Origin: Promethearchaeota archaeon
GTDB taxonomy: Archaea > Asgardarchaeota > Lokiarchaeia > Sigyniarchaeales > SOKP01
Length of the DNA stretch: 64,000 nt
Assembly (NCBI GenBank): GCA_048940925.1
Contig: JBHLOC010000007.1
Location: 32,001 to 96,000 of the forward strand
Direction: 5' to 3'
This document shows, one piece after another, positions 1 through 9,992 of this stretch. The position numbers and the translations under genes were made by a program. Numbering within the stretch: position 1 is the first letter of the stretch; each line of letters starts with the position of its first letter. Below the pieces are notes generated by a model. It searched no databases, was not told where the DNA came from, and saw only the letters and a list, made by a program, of their open reading frames with translations.

Positions 1-2
1 CA

Positions 3-587
3 TTAGCATTAGTACTTGATACACATCCTAAAGATATTATGCATGAATCTCCCCGAGATGAAGAAGAACTATTAAATAAAAATATTTGGATTTTATTACT
101 AATACAAGTATTCTTAATGGGATTAGGGCTAATATTAGCAATACAATTAACAATAGGTGGCTTTATTCCTTTAAATGAATGGAATTTAAATCCACATATT
201 AGCTATATATCTACAGATTCAACAACTGAAGAATTATTAGCCCAAAAAGCTAGGACAATGTTTATAACAACTTTATATATAATAGAGACAAACTTTATTT
301 GGTCTATTAGAAGACCAAATAAATCGATTGCGAAGAGCTTAAAAGAGGAATTAAGTTATACAGTTTTAATAGTGTGTCTTTTTACATTAGTATTACATAT
401 CCTGCATATTTGTTTTTCTTTTGTAGTGAACTATTATATAAATGATATCAGTGGTTTAAATTTTCAAATAAATTTCATGTTTCTCAGTGGTACTGACTGG
501 TTAATATGCATCCTGCTTGCTTTACCAGGTATACTAGGAATTGAATTAGTAAAATATTTTGCTAGAGTCCGAAAAATAAGATTTTAG
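3..587 (+). CDS. P-type ATPase, C-terminal transmembrane part (5' truncated by the window edge); paralog of 1676..4558
   Basis: The frame is open from base 3 (LALVLDTHPKDIMHESPRDEEELL). It aligns with the C-terminus of 1676..4558 (LILTFDTTPSEVMEEKPRDSEEIL; shared IRRPNKS and FMFL.G.DWL.C). The Met at 39 is internal. Confidence 0.85.
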   Translation, partial: LALVLDTHPKDIMHESPRDEEELLNKNIWILLLIQVFLMGLGLILAIQLTIGGFIPLNEWNLNPHISYISTDSTTEELLAQKARTMFITTLYIIETNFIWSIRRPNKSIAKSLKEELSYTVLIVCLFTLVLHILHICFSFVVNYYINDISGLNFQINFMFLSGTDWLICILLALPGILGIELVKYFARVRKIRF

Positions 588-686
588 CTATATTTCAATA
601 ATTACAGAAGAAATTATATTTTTTGTGAAATTAGAAATATCATACAAAAACTTAAATTAAGTAGAAAAAAACTAAAGTGAAAAAAC

Positions 687-1511
687 ATGTCTAAAGATTT
701 CAATAACAATTCGGAAGAAAATAAAGAAATCGTCATGAAATATGGAGGGATAACCGTTATAGCTTCAATTCTAGTAATTTTTATCATTTTGGCTGTTTTT
801 AATATCAATTTTGGACAATGGCTTGCAGATTCTATTATGTGGTTTTATAGGAATTATGGAGTTATTGGAATTTATATAGGAGTTTTTCTTATTAGTATTT
901 TTGGAAATTTCACAGTAATTTTTCCAGTTCCTTATGTAATTGCACTTATTGTAATTTCTGCTGTTTTAGGTACTGTGAATCCTATAATGCTTGGTTTATT
1001 TGGGGCACTTGGAGCGAGTATCGGAGAAGTATCAGCATGGTTGATTGGTCGAGGATCTCAAAAAATAATAGGTGATAGCGATAGAATTGAACACATGAAG
1101 AAATATATAGAATTAGGTTGGGCTCCTGTTATAATTTTTATATTTGCGGCAACTCCACTTCCTGATGACGCTTTTCTAATCGTTCTGGGAATTGCAGAGT
1201 ATAGTATCATAAAAACCCTCATATTTACATTTATCGGCAAGTTTGTTCTTTGCTTTTTATGTAGTGCCCTCCCAATATGGTTTGCAGATACCACTTTTGG
1301 CAATTTTTTATTTAATTTATTTGGAATCAATCTTGAGGCTGCGCGAACTGGAGTGATTCCCCCTAATTCTCCAATTGATATTTTAGGTAGTTCATTAGTA
1401 TGGGCAGCAACTATAATCATCATGTTTCTATTAGTTTATATCGATTGGGGAAAAATTTTTAAAAAGTTAAAGAAGAAAAAAGATTTGAACAAAAGAAATA
1501 AAGAAATTTAA
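687..1511 (+). CDS. DedA/VTT (SNARE-associated Golgi protein) family membrane protein
   Basis: Multi-TM protein with FPVP, GA.IGE..AWLIGR and FAATPLPDD motifs typical of DedA/VTT re-entrant helices. Confidence 0.8.
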   Translation: MSKDFNNNSEENKEIVMKYGGITVIASILVIFIILAVFNINFGQWLADSIMWFYRNYGVIGIYIGVFLISIFGNFTVIFPVPYVIALIVISAVLGTVNPIMLGLFGALGASIGEVSAWLIGRGSQKIIGDSDRIEHMKKYIELGWAPVIIFIFAATPLPDDAFLIVLGIAEYSIIKTLIFTFIGKFVLCFLCSALPIWFADTTFGNFLFNLFGINLEAARTGVIPPNSPIDILGSSLVWAATIIIMFLLVYIDWGKIFKKLKKKKDLNKRNKEI

Positions 1512-1675
1512 AATAAATAACGGATAATCAGATATTCAATTATATTTTTTCTAAAATTATCTAATGAAAAAGTAATAAGTTAAAAATTATGATTATTATA
1601 GTTAATATTATTATATTGAGACAATTTAGATTTTAAATCTCTTTAATCAATTTTAAAAATTATAGAAGACTCCTT

Positions 1676-4558
1676 ATGATAGCTCCAGAAGAGAATTTTT
1701 ATAATCTTGCTCTAGAGCAAATTTACCAAAACCTTAAAACTGATCCTAATAAAGGATTAACTGAGCAAGAAGCCAAAGAACGTTTAGAACAATACGGGTT
1801 AAATGAGGTTCCAAAAGTATCGAAAGGATTTATTAAAATATATTTAGCACCTTTATTTAATTGGTTAATTGTGATATATCTAATAGGGGCGCTAATCCTG
1901 TTTTTAGCAGCTATTTTTGGTGGAGGAGGGAATTTAATATTCATCCTATTAACTTTATTTATTGTCTTACTTAACTGTGTAGTCGCTGTCATTCAACAAT
2001 ATAGAGCAACTAAAAAATTAAAAGCATTAAGAGAATTATCAGCCCCCACTTCCATGTTAATCAGAGAAGGACAAAAAAAAGAAATTCCTACTAAAGAAAT
2101 TGTAATAGGAGATCTATTAGTCTTAAATCAAGGAGACAAAATACCTGCTGATGCGAGAATTATTGAATCTAACAACTTAGTAGTCAATGAAGCTTCATTA
2201 ACGGGAGAAAGTGAACCTGTGAGAAAAAATGAAACAGGAGAACCTTTAGATAAAAAAGATATTGCTATTGGGCAACGTAGCAATATGGTGTTCTATGGTA
2301 CTTACATAACAACAGGAAATGGAAAATCAATTATTGTAAAAACAGGAGGAGAAACTGAAATTGGAAAGATATCACATGGCTTAGAGGAAGCAGGAACTAG
2401 TGAAATTCCTATTAGAAAAAAAATGAATAATTTTGGAAAATGGTTAGGTTTAATAATTTTTGGCTTCTGGTTTCTTATATTACTAATTCTCTGGGTTGTA
2501 AGAGGAGAAGCCAATATCGTCCAAAGTTTGAATTCTGCACTCGATCTTATGCCAATCAATTTACCACTGCTCACAATTATTGTCTTGATTACGGGAGTAG
2601 TAGCTATGGCACATCATGGCGTTATAATTAGAAATTTAGCATCAGTTGATAGTTTAGGAAGAGTAAGTATAGTATGTTCAGATAAAACAGGTACTTTAAC
2701 GAAAAATCAAATGAGCATTCAACACGTTTGGACAAATGGTTCTATTTTTAGAGTTACGGGCAGTGGTTATTCTCCTGAAGGGGAAATCATTTTGATGGAT
2801 GATCTTAAAAATCCTGTCTATGTAAAGCATATTGATGATTATCCTCATCTTAAATTGTTACTCACCTCAGGATTTTTAAATAATAATTCAGCATTAGTAA
2901 AAAATGAGATTCAACTCTCTGGTAAAGCAATTCCTAAATGGGATGTTATAGGTTCACCAACAGAAGGAGCTTTAATGGTTTTATTTCAAAAAGGAATGGG
3001 AGATTATGTATTAGATGATTATAAATCTGTAAAAGAATATCCTTTTGATTCGTCAGTGAAAAGGATGACAAAAGTCTATGAAAGGGATCTCTCTTACTTT
3101 TCATTTACAAAAGGGGCAAGTGAAATTTTAATCCCTTTATGTTCAAAAATAATATATAACGATGTTGAAATTGATTTCAGCGAAGAAATTAAAGCAAAAG
3201 TTACTGAAATTGTAAATCTTTATGCTAATCAAGGATATAGAATATTGAGTTTATGTTATAAACAAATGGAATTCAAACCACCCAAAGGGGAGGAAGGAAG
3301 AGAAGTTTGTGAATCAAACTTAATTTTTATTGGTTTTGTAACAATATTAGATCCCCCAAGAGAAGGAGTTAAAGAATCGGTAGATCAATGTCACGAAGCG
3401 GGAGTAGATGTCATAATGATTACTGGTGATTCTCCTTTAACAGCTCGAGCAATCGCAAACCAGATTGGGATAGTATCAACTGAGAATGATCTAGCAATAG
3501 AAGGAAAAGATATTCAAAATTTCAAATCATTTGATGAATTTAAAAATATTAAAGTATTTGCTCGAGTTTCTCCAGAACATAAGGAAGATATAGTTGAGAA
3601 ATATCAAGAACAAAAAAAAGTAGTTGCTATGACAGGCGATGGGGTTAATGACGCTTTAGCGTTAAATATGGCAGATGCAGGGATCGCTATGGGAATCATG
3701 GGAACTGATGTAGCTAAAGAAGCCTCTGACATGGTAATCTCAGATGATTCATTTAACTCAATTGTAACCGGTATTCGTCATGGAAGGGGTATATTTGCAA
3801 GAATCCGAGCAGTGGTATTTTTTTATATTTGTATCAATGTATTTGAGGGGATAGTTCAATTTATTTTAGCAATCATTTTAGATTTACCTTATTTTTTAGA
3901 TGAGGCATTTTATTTACAATGGGTCTTCTTAGGATTAACTCTACATGTATTTCCTGGCTTAATCCTTACTTTTGATACTACACCTAGCGAAGTTATGGAG
4001 GAGAAACCTCGTGATTCAGAAGAAATCCTATCTCGAAATATTATTTATCTTCTGTTCGTATTTGGAATATTACTTGCAATAAGCATGGTGATCGTTTATT
4101 TTATAAATATGACTGGAGTATATCCTGTTTTTAATGAAAATTGGAATTTTGGTAGCTTAAATAAAGCTTATCTCTACTCATTAGAAAATGTTGACCTAAA
4201 TCCATATAATGTTGAATTAATAGAAGCAAAAGCTCTTACTATGCTAATGGTTACCATATTTTTTTGTGAATCATTTCTCGTATTTCAAATCAGGCGACCC
4301 AACAAATCTCTAATTAGAAGTTTGATAGAAGATAGCAATAAACGTATGTACTTGATAATTGGAATTCTCTTTGCAGTTTTTATAATGTTAATGTATATTC
4401 CCGGTTTTCAAGTGGGATTAGCATCTGCTGGATTAAATTTTATGTTTATGTTTCTAACAGGTTTAGATTGGTTAGTATGCTTTTTGATTTCACTAATCTG
4501 CATTGTTTCATTCGAGATTGTTAAATATATAGCACGTAGATATGGTATTACGTTTTAA
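1676..4558 (+). CDS. P-type ATPase (P2-like scaffold, non-canonical transport site)
   Basis: TGES, DKTGT phosphorylation site, KGASE, DPPR, MITGD, GDGVND motifs. M4 reads PINLP instead of PEGLP. Confidence 0.95.
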   Translation: MIAPEENFYNLALEQIYQNLKTDPNKGLTEQEAKERLEQYGLNEVPKVSKGFIKIYLAPLFNWLIVIYLIGALILFLAAIFGGGGNLIFILLTLFIVLLNCVVAVIQQYRATKKLKALRELSAPTSMLIREGQKKEIPTKEIVIGDLLVLNQGDKIPADARIIESNNLVVNEASLTGESEPVRKNETGEPLDKKDIAIGQRSNMVFYGTYITTGNGKSIIVKTGGETEIGKISHGLEEAGTSEIPIRKKMNNFGKWLGLIIFGFWFLILLILWVVRGEANIVQSLNSALDLMPINLPLLTIIVLITGVVAMAHHGVIIRNLASVDSLGRVSIVCSDKTGTLTKNQMSIQHVWTNGSIFRVTGSGYSPEGEIILMDDLKNPVYVKHIDDYPHLKLLLTSGFLNNNSALVKNEIQLSGKAIPKWDVIGSPTEGALMVLFQKGMGDYVLDDYKSVKEYPFDSSVKRMTKVYERDLSYFSFTKGASEILIPLCSKIIYNDVEIDFSEEIKAKVTEIVNLYANQGYRILSLCYKQMEFKPPKGEEGREVCESNLIFIGFVTILDPPREGVKESVDQCHEAGVDVIMITGDSPLTARAIANQIGIVSTENDLAIEGKDIQNFKSFDEFKNIKVFARVSPEHKEDIVEKYQEQKKVVAMTGDGVNDALALNMADAGIAMGIMGTDVAKEASDMVISDDSFNSIVTGIRHGRGIFARIRAVVFFYICINVFEGIVQFILAIILDLPYFLDEAFYLQWVFLGLTLHVFPGLILTFDTTPSEVMEEKPRDSEEILSRNIIYLLFVFGILLAISMVIVYFINMTGVYPVFNENWNFGSLNKAYLYSLENVDLNPYNVELIEAKALTMLMVTIFFCESFLVFQIRRPNKSLIRSLIEDSNKRMYLIIGILFAVFIMLMYIPGFQVGLASAGLNFMFMFLTGLDWLVCFLISLICIVSFEIVKYIARRYGITF

Positions 4559-4635
4559 TTAAAAATTTTATCTCACTTATTTTATTAACTAATAGCTAAA
4601 TTAATTTTTTATAGAAAAACCGATTTTTTTCTTTT

Positions 4636-5169
4636 ATGTTAAAGGGAAATAAAGTAACACTTGGACCTGTTAAGAGAGAATATATTGACGATTATTTAAG
4701 ATGGATGAATAACCCGGAAGTTACTCAATATCTAAAAATTTATAGTCCACTAACAAGAGAAATGGAAGAAGATTGGTATAATAGTCTGAAAAATCGTGAT
4801 GATTTTTTTCTTTTTGCAATATTATTGGCTAACCAAGATGAACCCGAGACGCTCCTTGGCAACTGTTCTATAGGTGTGGATTGGAAAAATCGTGTTGGGA
4901 CTTGTGGGATTGTAATTGGAGAAAAGATATACCAGGGTAAGGGATATGGAACTGAAGCAATGGAATTACTTGTTAATTATGGATTTATTACTTTAAATCT
5001 CAATAGAATACAACTAGAAACTTTTAGTTTCAATAAACGTGCCTTAAAATCATATCAAAAAGTTGGATTTAAAGAGGAGGGAATTCGACAGCAAGCTATA
5101 TATGTGAACGGTAAGTATCACGATGCTATTATGATGGGAATCTTGAAAAATGAATGGCAGAAAATATAA
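4636..5169 (+). CDS. GNAT N-acetyltransferase, RimJ/RimL family
   Basis: YQGKGYGTEA acetyl-CoA motif; N.RA..SY.KVGFKEEG. Confidence 0.9.
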   Translation: MLKGNKVTLGPVKREYIDDYLRWMNNPEVTQYLKIYSPLTREMEEDWYNSLKNRDDFFLFAILLANQDEPETLLGNCSIGVDWKNRVGTCGIVIGEKIYQGKGYGTEAMELLVNYGFITLNLNRIQLETFSFNKRALKSYQKVGFKEEGIRQQAIYVNGKYHDAIMMGILKNEWQKI

Positions 5170-5223
5170 TCTAAACTATATATATTATAATTGATAATAT
5201 CTCATTTTCTGTTTTCACATTAT

Positions 5224-6270
5224 CTACTTTTCTAATTCTATAAAGTAAGGGATTATTTTATCTTTAAAAATTTCATATACCTTATTTACATCAGGGCCTC
5301 GATTCATAAAAGAGAAATGTATTACTCCAGCACTCCTAAATTCTTCTATTTTTGCAATAACGTCTTCCGTGGTTCCAACACAATTCATATCTTCAATAAT
5401 TGACTCTGGAAGAAGATCTACACTCCCAATTAATTCTGCAGCACCTTCACTGTCCATGAGAAAATTATGTATTGTTAATTCCTCGGGCAGATTCAAATTT
5501 GGATATGCTTGGTTTGTTTTCATGGGATTAACTAAATATGATGCTCTAAAAAATTCACACCTTTTTACCGCCTTTTGAGGATCTTCATCATCTATTGCTA
5601 CAAAACAGTTTAAAACATAATCAATTTCTTTAGGATCCCTTCCAATTTTTTTAGCTCCTGCTTTAACTTCATTACAATTGTCTTTATAAGTTTTTGGTGT
5701 TTCAACAATCGGATACCATCCATCACCTAATTCTCCGGTCAAGAATCGTGTTTTGGTACTATTGGCAGCCACATATATAGGAGGTGTTTTTTGAATTGGT
5801 TTTATTTGAATATAAGCATTTTTCATTTTACCCCAAAACTCACTGTTCGCATTAACTGTTCTTTTTATCCAAAATTTCCTTAAAAGTTCTATATATTCCC
5901 GTAACTTGGTAATAGATCTTTTTCTGGTAAGACCATATATATCAACATTCATTGCTTCTCCTGCTCCAATCCCAATCATAGCTCTCCCATTAGAGATTAC
6001 ATCTAAGGATGCCACTTTATGAGCCATGAGTGCGGGGTGAAATCTATGACAATCTGATACTCCAGTACACAACTTAATTTTACTAGTTTCCATTGATAGA
6101 GCTGTTAAGAAAACAAAAGCATCGAAACACCTACCTGGACCCGGAGGCAACATTGTCGTATGGTCTGCATAAAAAACTGTATCAAATCCACATGCTTCAG
6201 ATCTTTTTACCCCCTCAATCATATACTCCAAACGGGGTGTAGGAACTGGAATTGAAAATGAAAATTTCAT
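5224..6270 (-). CDS. LLM-class (luciferase-like, probably F420-dependent) oxidoreductase
   Basis: GFD.V..ADH, HPA..A..VASLD.IS.GRA.IGIGAG, PPIYVAA, GDGW motifs. Confidence 0.9.
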   Translation of the reverse strand: MKFSFSIPVPTPRLEYMIEGVKRSEACGFDTVFYADHTTMLPPGPGRCFDAFVFLTALSMETSKIKLCTGVSDCHRFHPALMAHKVASLDVISNGRAMIGIGAGEAMNVDIYGLTRKRSITKLREYIELLRKFWIKRTVNANSEFWGKMKNAYIQIKPIQKTPPIYVAANSTKTRFLTGELGDGWYPIVETPKTYKDNCNEVKAGAKKIGRDPKEIDYVLNCFVAIDDEDPQKAVKRCEFFRASYLVNPMKTNQAYPNLNLPEELTIHNFLMDSEGAAELIGSVDLLPESIIEDMNCVGTTEDVIAKIEEFRSAGVIHFSFMNRGPDVNKVYEIFKDKIIPYFIELEK

Positions 6271-6373
6271 ATTATTAATTTTATTTTAAGATATTTAATT
6301 ATTGTTCACAACAAATTAATTTTTAAGATACTTTACATTAAATTCTATATAAAATACTTAATGGTGTAATTTT

Positions 6374-7705
6374 ATGAGTAAATCAAAAGTTGCTATTGTA
6401 AAGTATGAGAAACCTCTTGAATCAGTTAGGAAGTTAGTTGATTTAGTAAATTTATTCGATGATATCCCCAAAGATGCAAAAGTATTCATTAAGCCCAATA
6501 TAGTTTATTGGAATAGATTTTCCAACTTTCCAAAATGGGGAGTAATTACAACATCTCGCGTTATAGAAGATATTGTTGTTCTGCTTAAAGAACGAGGAAT
6601 AGCCAATATTTCAATTGGAGAAGGGATTGTAACGGGAGGTCCAAAGGATACAGATACCGCAGCTGATGCATTTGAGAAACTTGGATATAATCTTCTTAAA
6701 GAGCGATATGGCGTAAAACCAATTAACACATTTTCGCGTCCATTTGAGAAGATAGATTTAAATACTGGTTTTAATGTCAATTTTAGTACTGATGCGCTAG
6801 CCGCTGATGTTGTTATAAGTGTACCTGTATTAAAAACACATGCTCAAGCTGTTGTATCTTTAGGAATTAAGAATTTAAAGGGATTAATCAATATAGCTTC
6901 TCGTAAAAAATTTCATAGTGCTGATCCTGTTAAAGACTTGCACCATAACGTAGCTCAATTACCTAACAAATTAAAAAAGGTACTAACAATCATTGACGGA
7001 ATTTATACCCTCGAAAGAGGGCCTGCCATTGATGGGAAACCTCATAGGAAGAACATTTTGGTTGCATCAAAGGATATTTTTTCTGCAGATATGATTGGTA
7101 CTAAATTATTAGGCATAGAAACTACTAATGTACCTCATTTAGTTCAAGCTGCTAAAGATAGAAATAGACCTTTAGATTTATCAGACGTTGAAGTTGTAGG
7201 TGAAAATTTAGAAGATTTAGCTTCACATCATGAATGGGATTTCATTTATAATGATAGCGGGGATCTTCCACTTCCTTTAATGAGAATAGGCGTAAAAGGA
7301 TTAAAATATCATAAATATGATAGCACATTGTGTACATCTTGCTCAGGAATTAATGGAGCCTTGTTAATGATTATCAAAGGTGCCTGGCAATCGAGGAAGG
7401 GTAAACCATTTGATAATGTTGAATTTCTAAACGGCAAACTTCAGGAACCAACTCCTGGTATGAACAAAACCATTCTAATTGGTCAATGTCAATATAATAA
7501 AAATAAAGATCATCCAGATATCAAAGAAATGATTCCAATCAAAGGGTGCCCTCCTTCGATGGAAGATGTTAGACAAGCATTTAGCCAAATCGGTATTGAA
7601 CTTCCATCAGCAATGGTTCAAAATATGGACAAAGGTGTGGGATTTCTTATGGCAAAGTATAAGGGAAGACCAGAATTTGAAGAGGCTTTTTTCCAAATAA
7701 CATAA
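6374..7705 (+). CDS. DUF362 domain protein with C-terminal Fe-S-like cysteines
   Basis: IKPN, P.LKTH, SLGIKNLKG, IIDG motifs of DUF362; C-terminal CTSC...GQC...GCPP. Confidence 0.8.
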   Translation: MSKSKVAIVKYEKPLESVRKLVDLVNLFDDIPKDAKVFIKPNIVYWNRFSNFPKWGVITTSRVIEDIVVLLKERGIANISIGEGIVTGGPKDTDTAADAFEKLGYNLLKERYGVKPINTFSRPFEKIDLNTGFNVNFSTDALAADVVISVPVLKTHAQAVVSLGIKNLKGLINIASRKKFHSADPVKDLHHNVAQLPNKLKKVLTIIDGIYTLERGPAIDGKPHRKNILVASKDIFSADMIGTKLLGIETTNVPHLVQAAKDRNRPLDLSDVEVVGENLEDLASHHEWDFIYNDSGDLPLPLMRIGVKGLKYHKYDSTLCTSCSGINGALLMIIKGAWQSRKGKPFDNVEFLNGKLQEPTPGMNKTILIGQCQYNKNKDHPDIKEMIPIKGCPPSMEDVRQAFSQIGIELPSAMVQNMDKGVGFLMAKYKGRPEFEEAFFQIT

Positions 7706-7879
7706 ATATTTCCTTTTAAATATCTTTTTTCTTTAGTTTAAGATACAATAAAGTCAATGCGTTAAATATAGAGAAATCATTATATTGCCTAGGATATTTT
7801 ACTTTTAATTCAACTTTTTAAAGTTGATCACAATCAAAGATTATTCAGATTGGAAAATTAATTTAGATTTTGAAAATGA

Positions 7880-8020
7880 GAAATTATAGAGTGGTCAAAA
7901 GACCGCTTAGCAACCTATAAGTACCCTCATCAAGTAGAAATCATAAATATACTACTGAGCACTGCTTTGAGCAAAATTTTTAGAAGAAAACTAAGAGAAA
8001 GAGCCATAGAGAAGCAATAA
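7880..8020 (+). pseudogene. Remnant of the C-terminal domain of an AMP-binding enzyme (acyl-CoA synthetase)
   Basis: Translates EIIEWSKDRLATYKYPHQVEIINILLSTALSKIFRRKLRERAIEKQ*, resembling the AMP-binding_C tail (LA.YK.PR.VE...LP.T..GKI.R..LR). There is no start codon and an in-frame TGA at 7877. Confidence 0.7.
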
Positions 8021-8257
8021 AAAGAAAATCTCTAACTCCATTATGGCATATAGGTAAAAGTAATAAAATGAATTCTTTTTTTTTTTAATTAGTTTAAAAA
8101 TATTGAATTGGTTGGTGAATAGATATATTGATCTTACTAATTATATTCGAATCGACTATTTCAGTCAACCCTGTAACACCATTTTTAGTGAAACCTTTAA
8201 TTAAAACAGAACTTAATCTTTATCAACCTATTTCATAATTTGAACAATATCTAATAA

Positions 8258-9028
8258 TCACTTAAATCCTTGACAAAATTCATTTACATTTTTAGGTAAT
8301 ACGCTATGATTGTATCCTCCTTCTAATAAAGCATATCGTCTTCCCTTACACAATTTTTCTGAATATTTCTTCATTAATCTACCTAATTCATAATAATCTT
8401 CAGGATATAATAAATTGCCCCAATCTTCAATTCCTTGGTCGAATCCTGCGCTTGCGACAAAAATATCAATATCATGCAAATCTTGCATATATGTTTCTAC
8501 TTCTTTGATATAATTAATATGACTATTTGAACTAGGATTAAGAATTTTTACTCTAAAATCATCATCTCTATTTGTTAAGATATTTATATTACCATCACCT
8601 GTATGAAGGTCAAAGTCTAGTACAAAAGCAGAATTAATTTTACTTTCTGAATACAATTTCAAAAGACTTATACTAACATTATTAAAAAAACAAAAACCCC
8701 AACAAGAATCTGCTGATGCATGATGACCAGGAGGTCTTATAACAGCAAAGGAATGATTGCCATTATAACCTTCTTGTGCGGCTAAAATCGCTCCACCTGC
8801 TGCTAATGACGCTAATTCAAATAATAATCCATTTCTCTTTATATTTTGAAAATGTCTTTTAGTATGAGCCCTTAAAATATCTTCTTCAACTGCAGGAGTA
8901 GGTGTTATTATTTCATATTCTTTTTTACGCGATAAAATATCAATAATTCCTTCCAATCGTCCTGGAGAAGCAGCAGGATCGCCAGCATATGCAGAGTTAA
9001 AATAACTTTCATGAAATACTATTTTCAT
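8258..9028 (-). CDS. Histone deacetylase/AcuC family Zn-dependent deacetylase
   Basis: RPPGHHA, GFCFFNN, DFDLHTGDG, SAGFD, LEGGY. Confidence 0.93.
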   Translation of the reverse strand: MKIVFHESYFNSAYAGDPAASPGRLEGIIDILSRKKEYEIITPTPAVEEDILRAHTKRHFQNIKRNGLLFELASLAAGGAILAAQEGYNGNHSFAVIRPPGHHASADSCWGFCFFNNVSISLLKLYSESKINSAFVLDFDLHTGDGNINILTNRDDDFRVKILNPSSNSHINYIKEVETYMQDLHDIDIFVASAGFDQGIEDWGNLLYPEDYYELGRLMKKYSEKLCKGRRYALLEGGYNHSVLPKNVNEFCQGFK

Positions 9029-9234
9029 ATTTTTTCTGACTCTTTTTATTTTGATTTCGAATTACATTTAGAATTGTATAAAAGGAATATGAATATTATT
9101 GTTTTCTTTATTTCATAAAGATGCCTAAAAACCAGGATGAATTAAATAGTTATACAGGAAATGAAAGATTGAATATTATTTTTATAAAATTTCAGAACTG
9201 ATAATATAAAAAAAATAGATATTATAATTTAACT

Positions 9235-9990
9235 TTAACTTTTTCCATATTTTTTGAATATTATGATCCCAAGAAAGATGATAAAAACGCTTATTATTGA
9301 TAATATTGTCAGATTAATCCATAATGTTAATTCTGTTAATGGAACTCCTTCAAGAAAAATCAAATTCAATGCATCGGTAACATAATAGCTTGGTAGAATA
9401 TATGCAATCATTCTTGTGGCATCATTTAAAGGAACAAAAGTACCAAAAAACATCTGTGGAAGTATAAAGATAAATGATAACGCAGTAGCAGTTCCCGCAC
9501 TTTTCGCAATAGTACTACATATAAGACCAAATCCAACTGAGCATACAGAGAGAACTATTACAAAAATAAATGCAATTAAGAACCCCACAGCGTTTCCTTC
9601 AGGTCTAAAACCAATAAGAACTGAACAAACTGCCACGATTACTACCTGTATGATAGAAAGTATTGTGTTTGAAATAATATGACTTCCCATAAACTCTCCA
9701 GAGGTAGTAGGAGTAACATTTATTCTCTTCAATAGTCCTTGTTCGCGATCATCCGTAAAAGACTGAGCTACCATCATTGTTATAAATATACATGCGTATG
9801 CGAATAAACCTGGTGCCATATAATCAAATTGGTTTTTTCCTGGTACTCCGGAAGGGATCGTTCCAAAAGCTAATCCAAAAACTAATGTAAGCATAGCAGG
9901 AAACAGTATCATCATAAATAAATATGCTGGTTCTCTTATTACCTTTTTTAATTCCATTTTCACTAAAGATAATATAATTTTCAGGTTCAC
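9235..9990 (-). CDS. ABC-2 type transporter permease
   Basis: 6 TM; DREQGLLKR, FGTFVP, ILPSYY motifs; adjacent to an ABC ATPase. Confidence 0.9.
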   Translation of the reverse strand: MNLKIILSLVKMELKKVIREPAYLFMMILFPAMLTLVFGLAFGTIPSGVPGKNQFDYMAPGLFAYACIFITMMVAQSFTDDREQGLLKRINVTPTTSGEFMGSHIISNTILSIIQVVIVAVCSVLIGFRPEGNAVGFLIAFIFVIVLSVCSVGFGLICSTIAKSAGTATALSFIFILPQMFFGTFVPLNDATRMIAYILPSYYVTDALNLIFLEGVPLTELTLWINLTILSIISVFIIFLGIIIFKKYGKS

Positions 9991-9992
9991 TT

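Noticed and set aside
39-587. Stand-alone 182-aa membrane protein as given by the ORF track
   Set aside because: The frame is open to the window edge and aligns with the C-terminus of the neighbouring P-type ATPase, so it is a truncated paralog.
7877-7879. In-frame TGA before the acyl-CoA synthetase fragment as selenocysteine
   Set aside because: There is no homologous upstream reading frame, the position is not Cys-equivalent, and no SECIS-like hairpin was recognised.
8090-8250. Short minus-strand open stretch (SVLIKGFTKNGVTGLTEIVDSNII...) downstream of the deacetylase
   Set aside because: It has no start codon and no recognisable family, so it cannot be supported.
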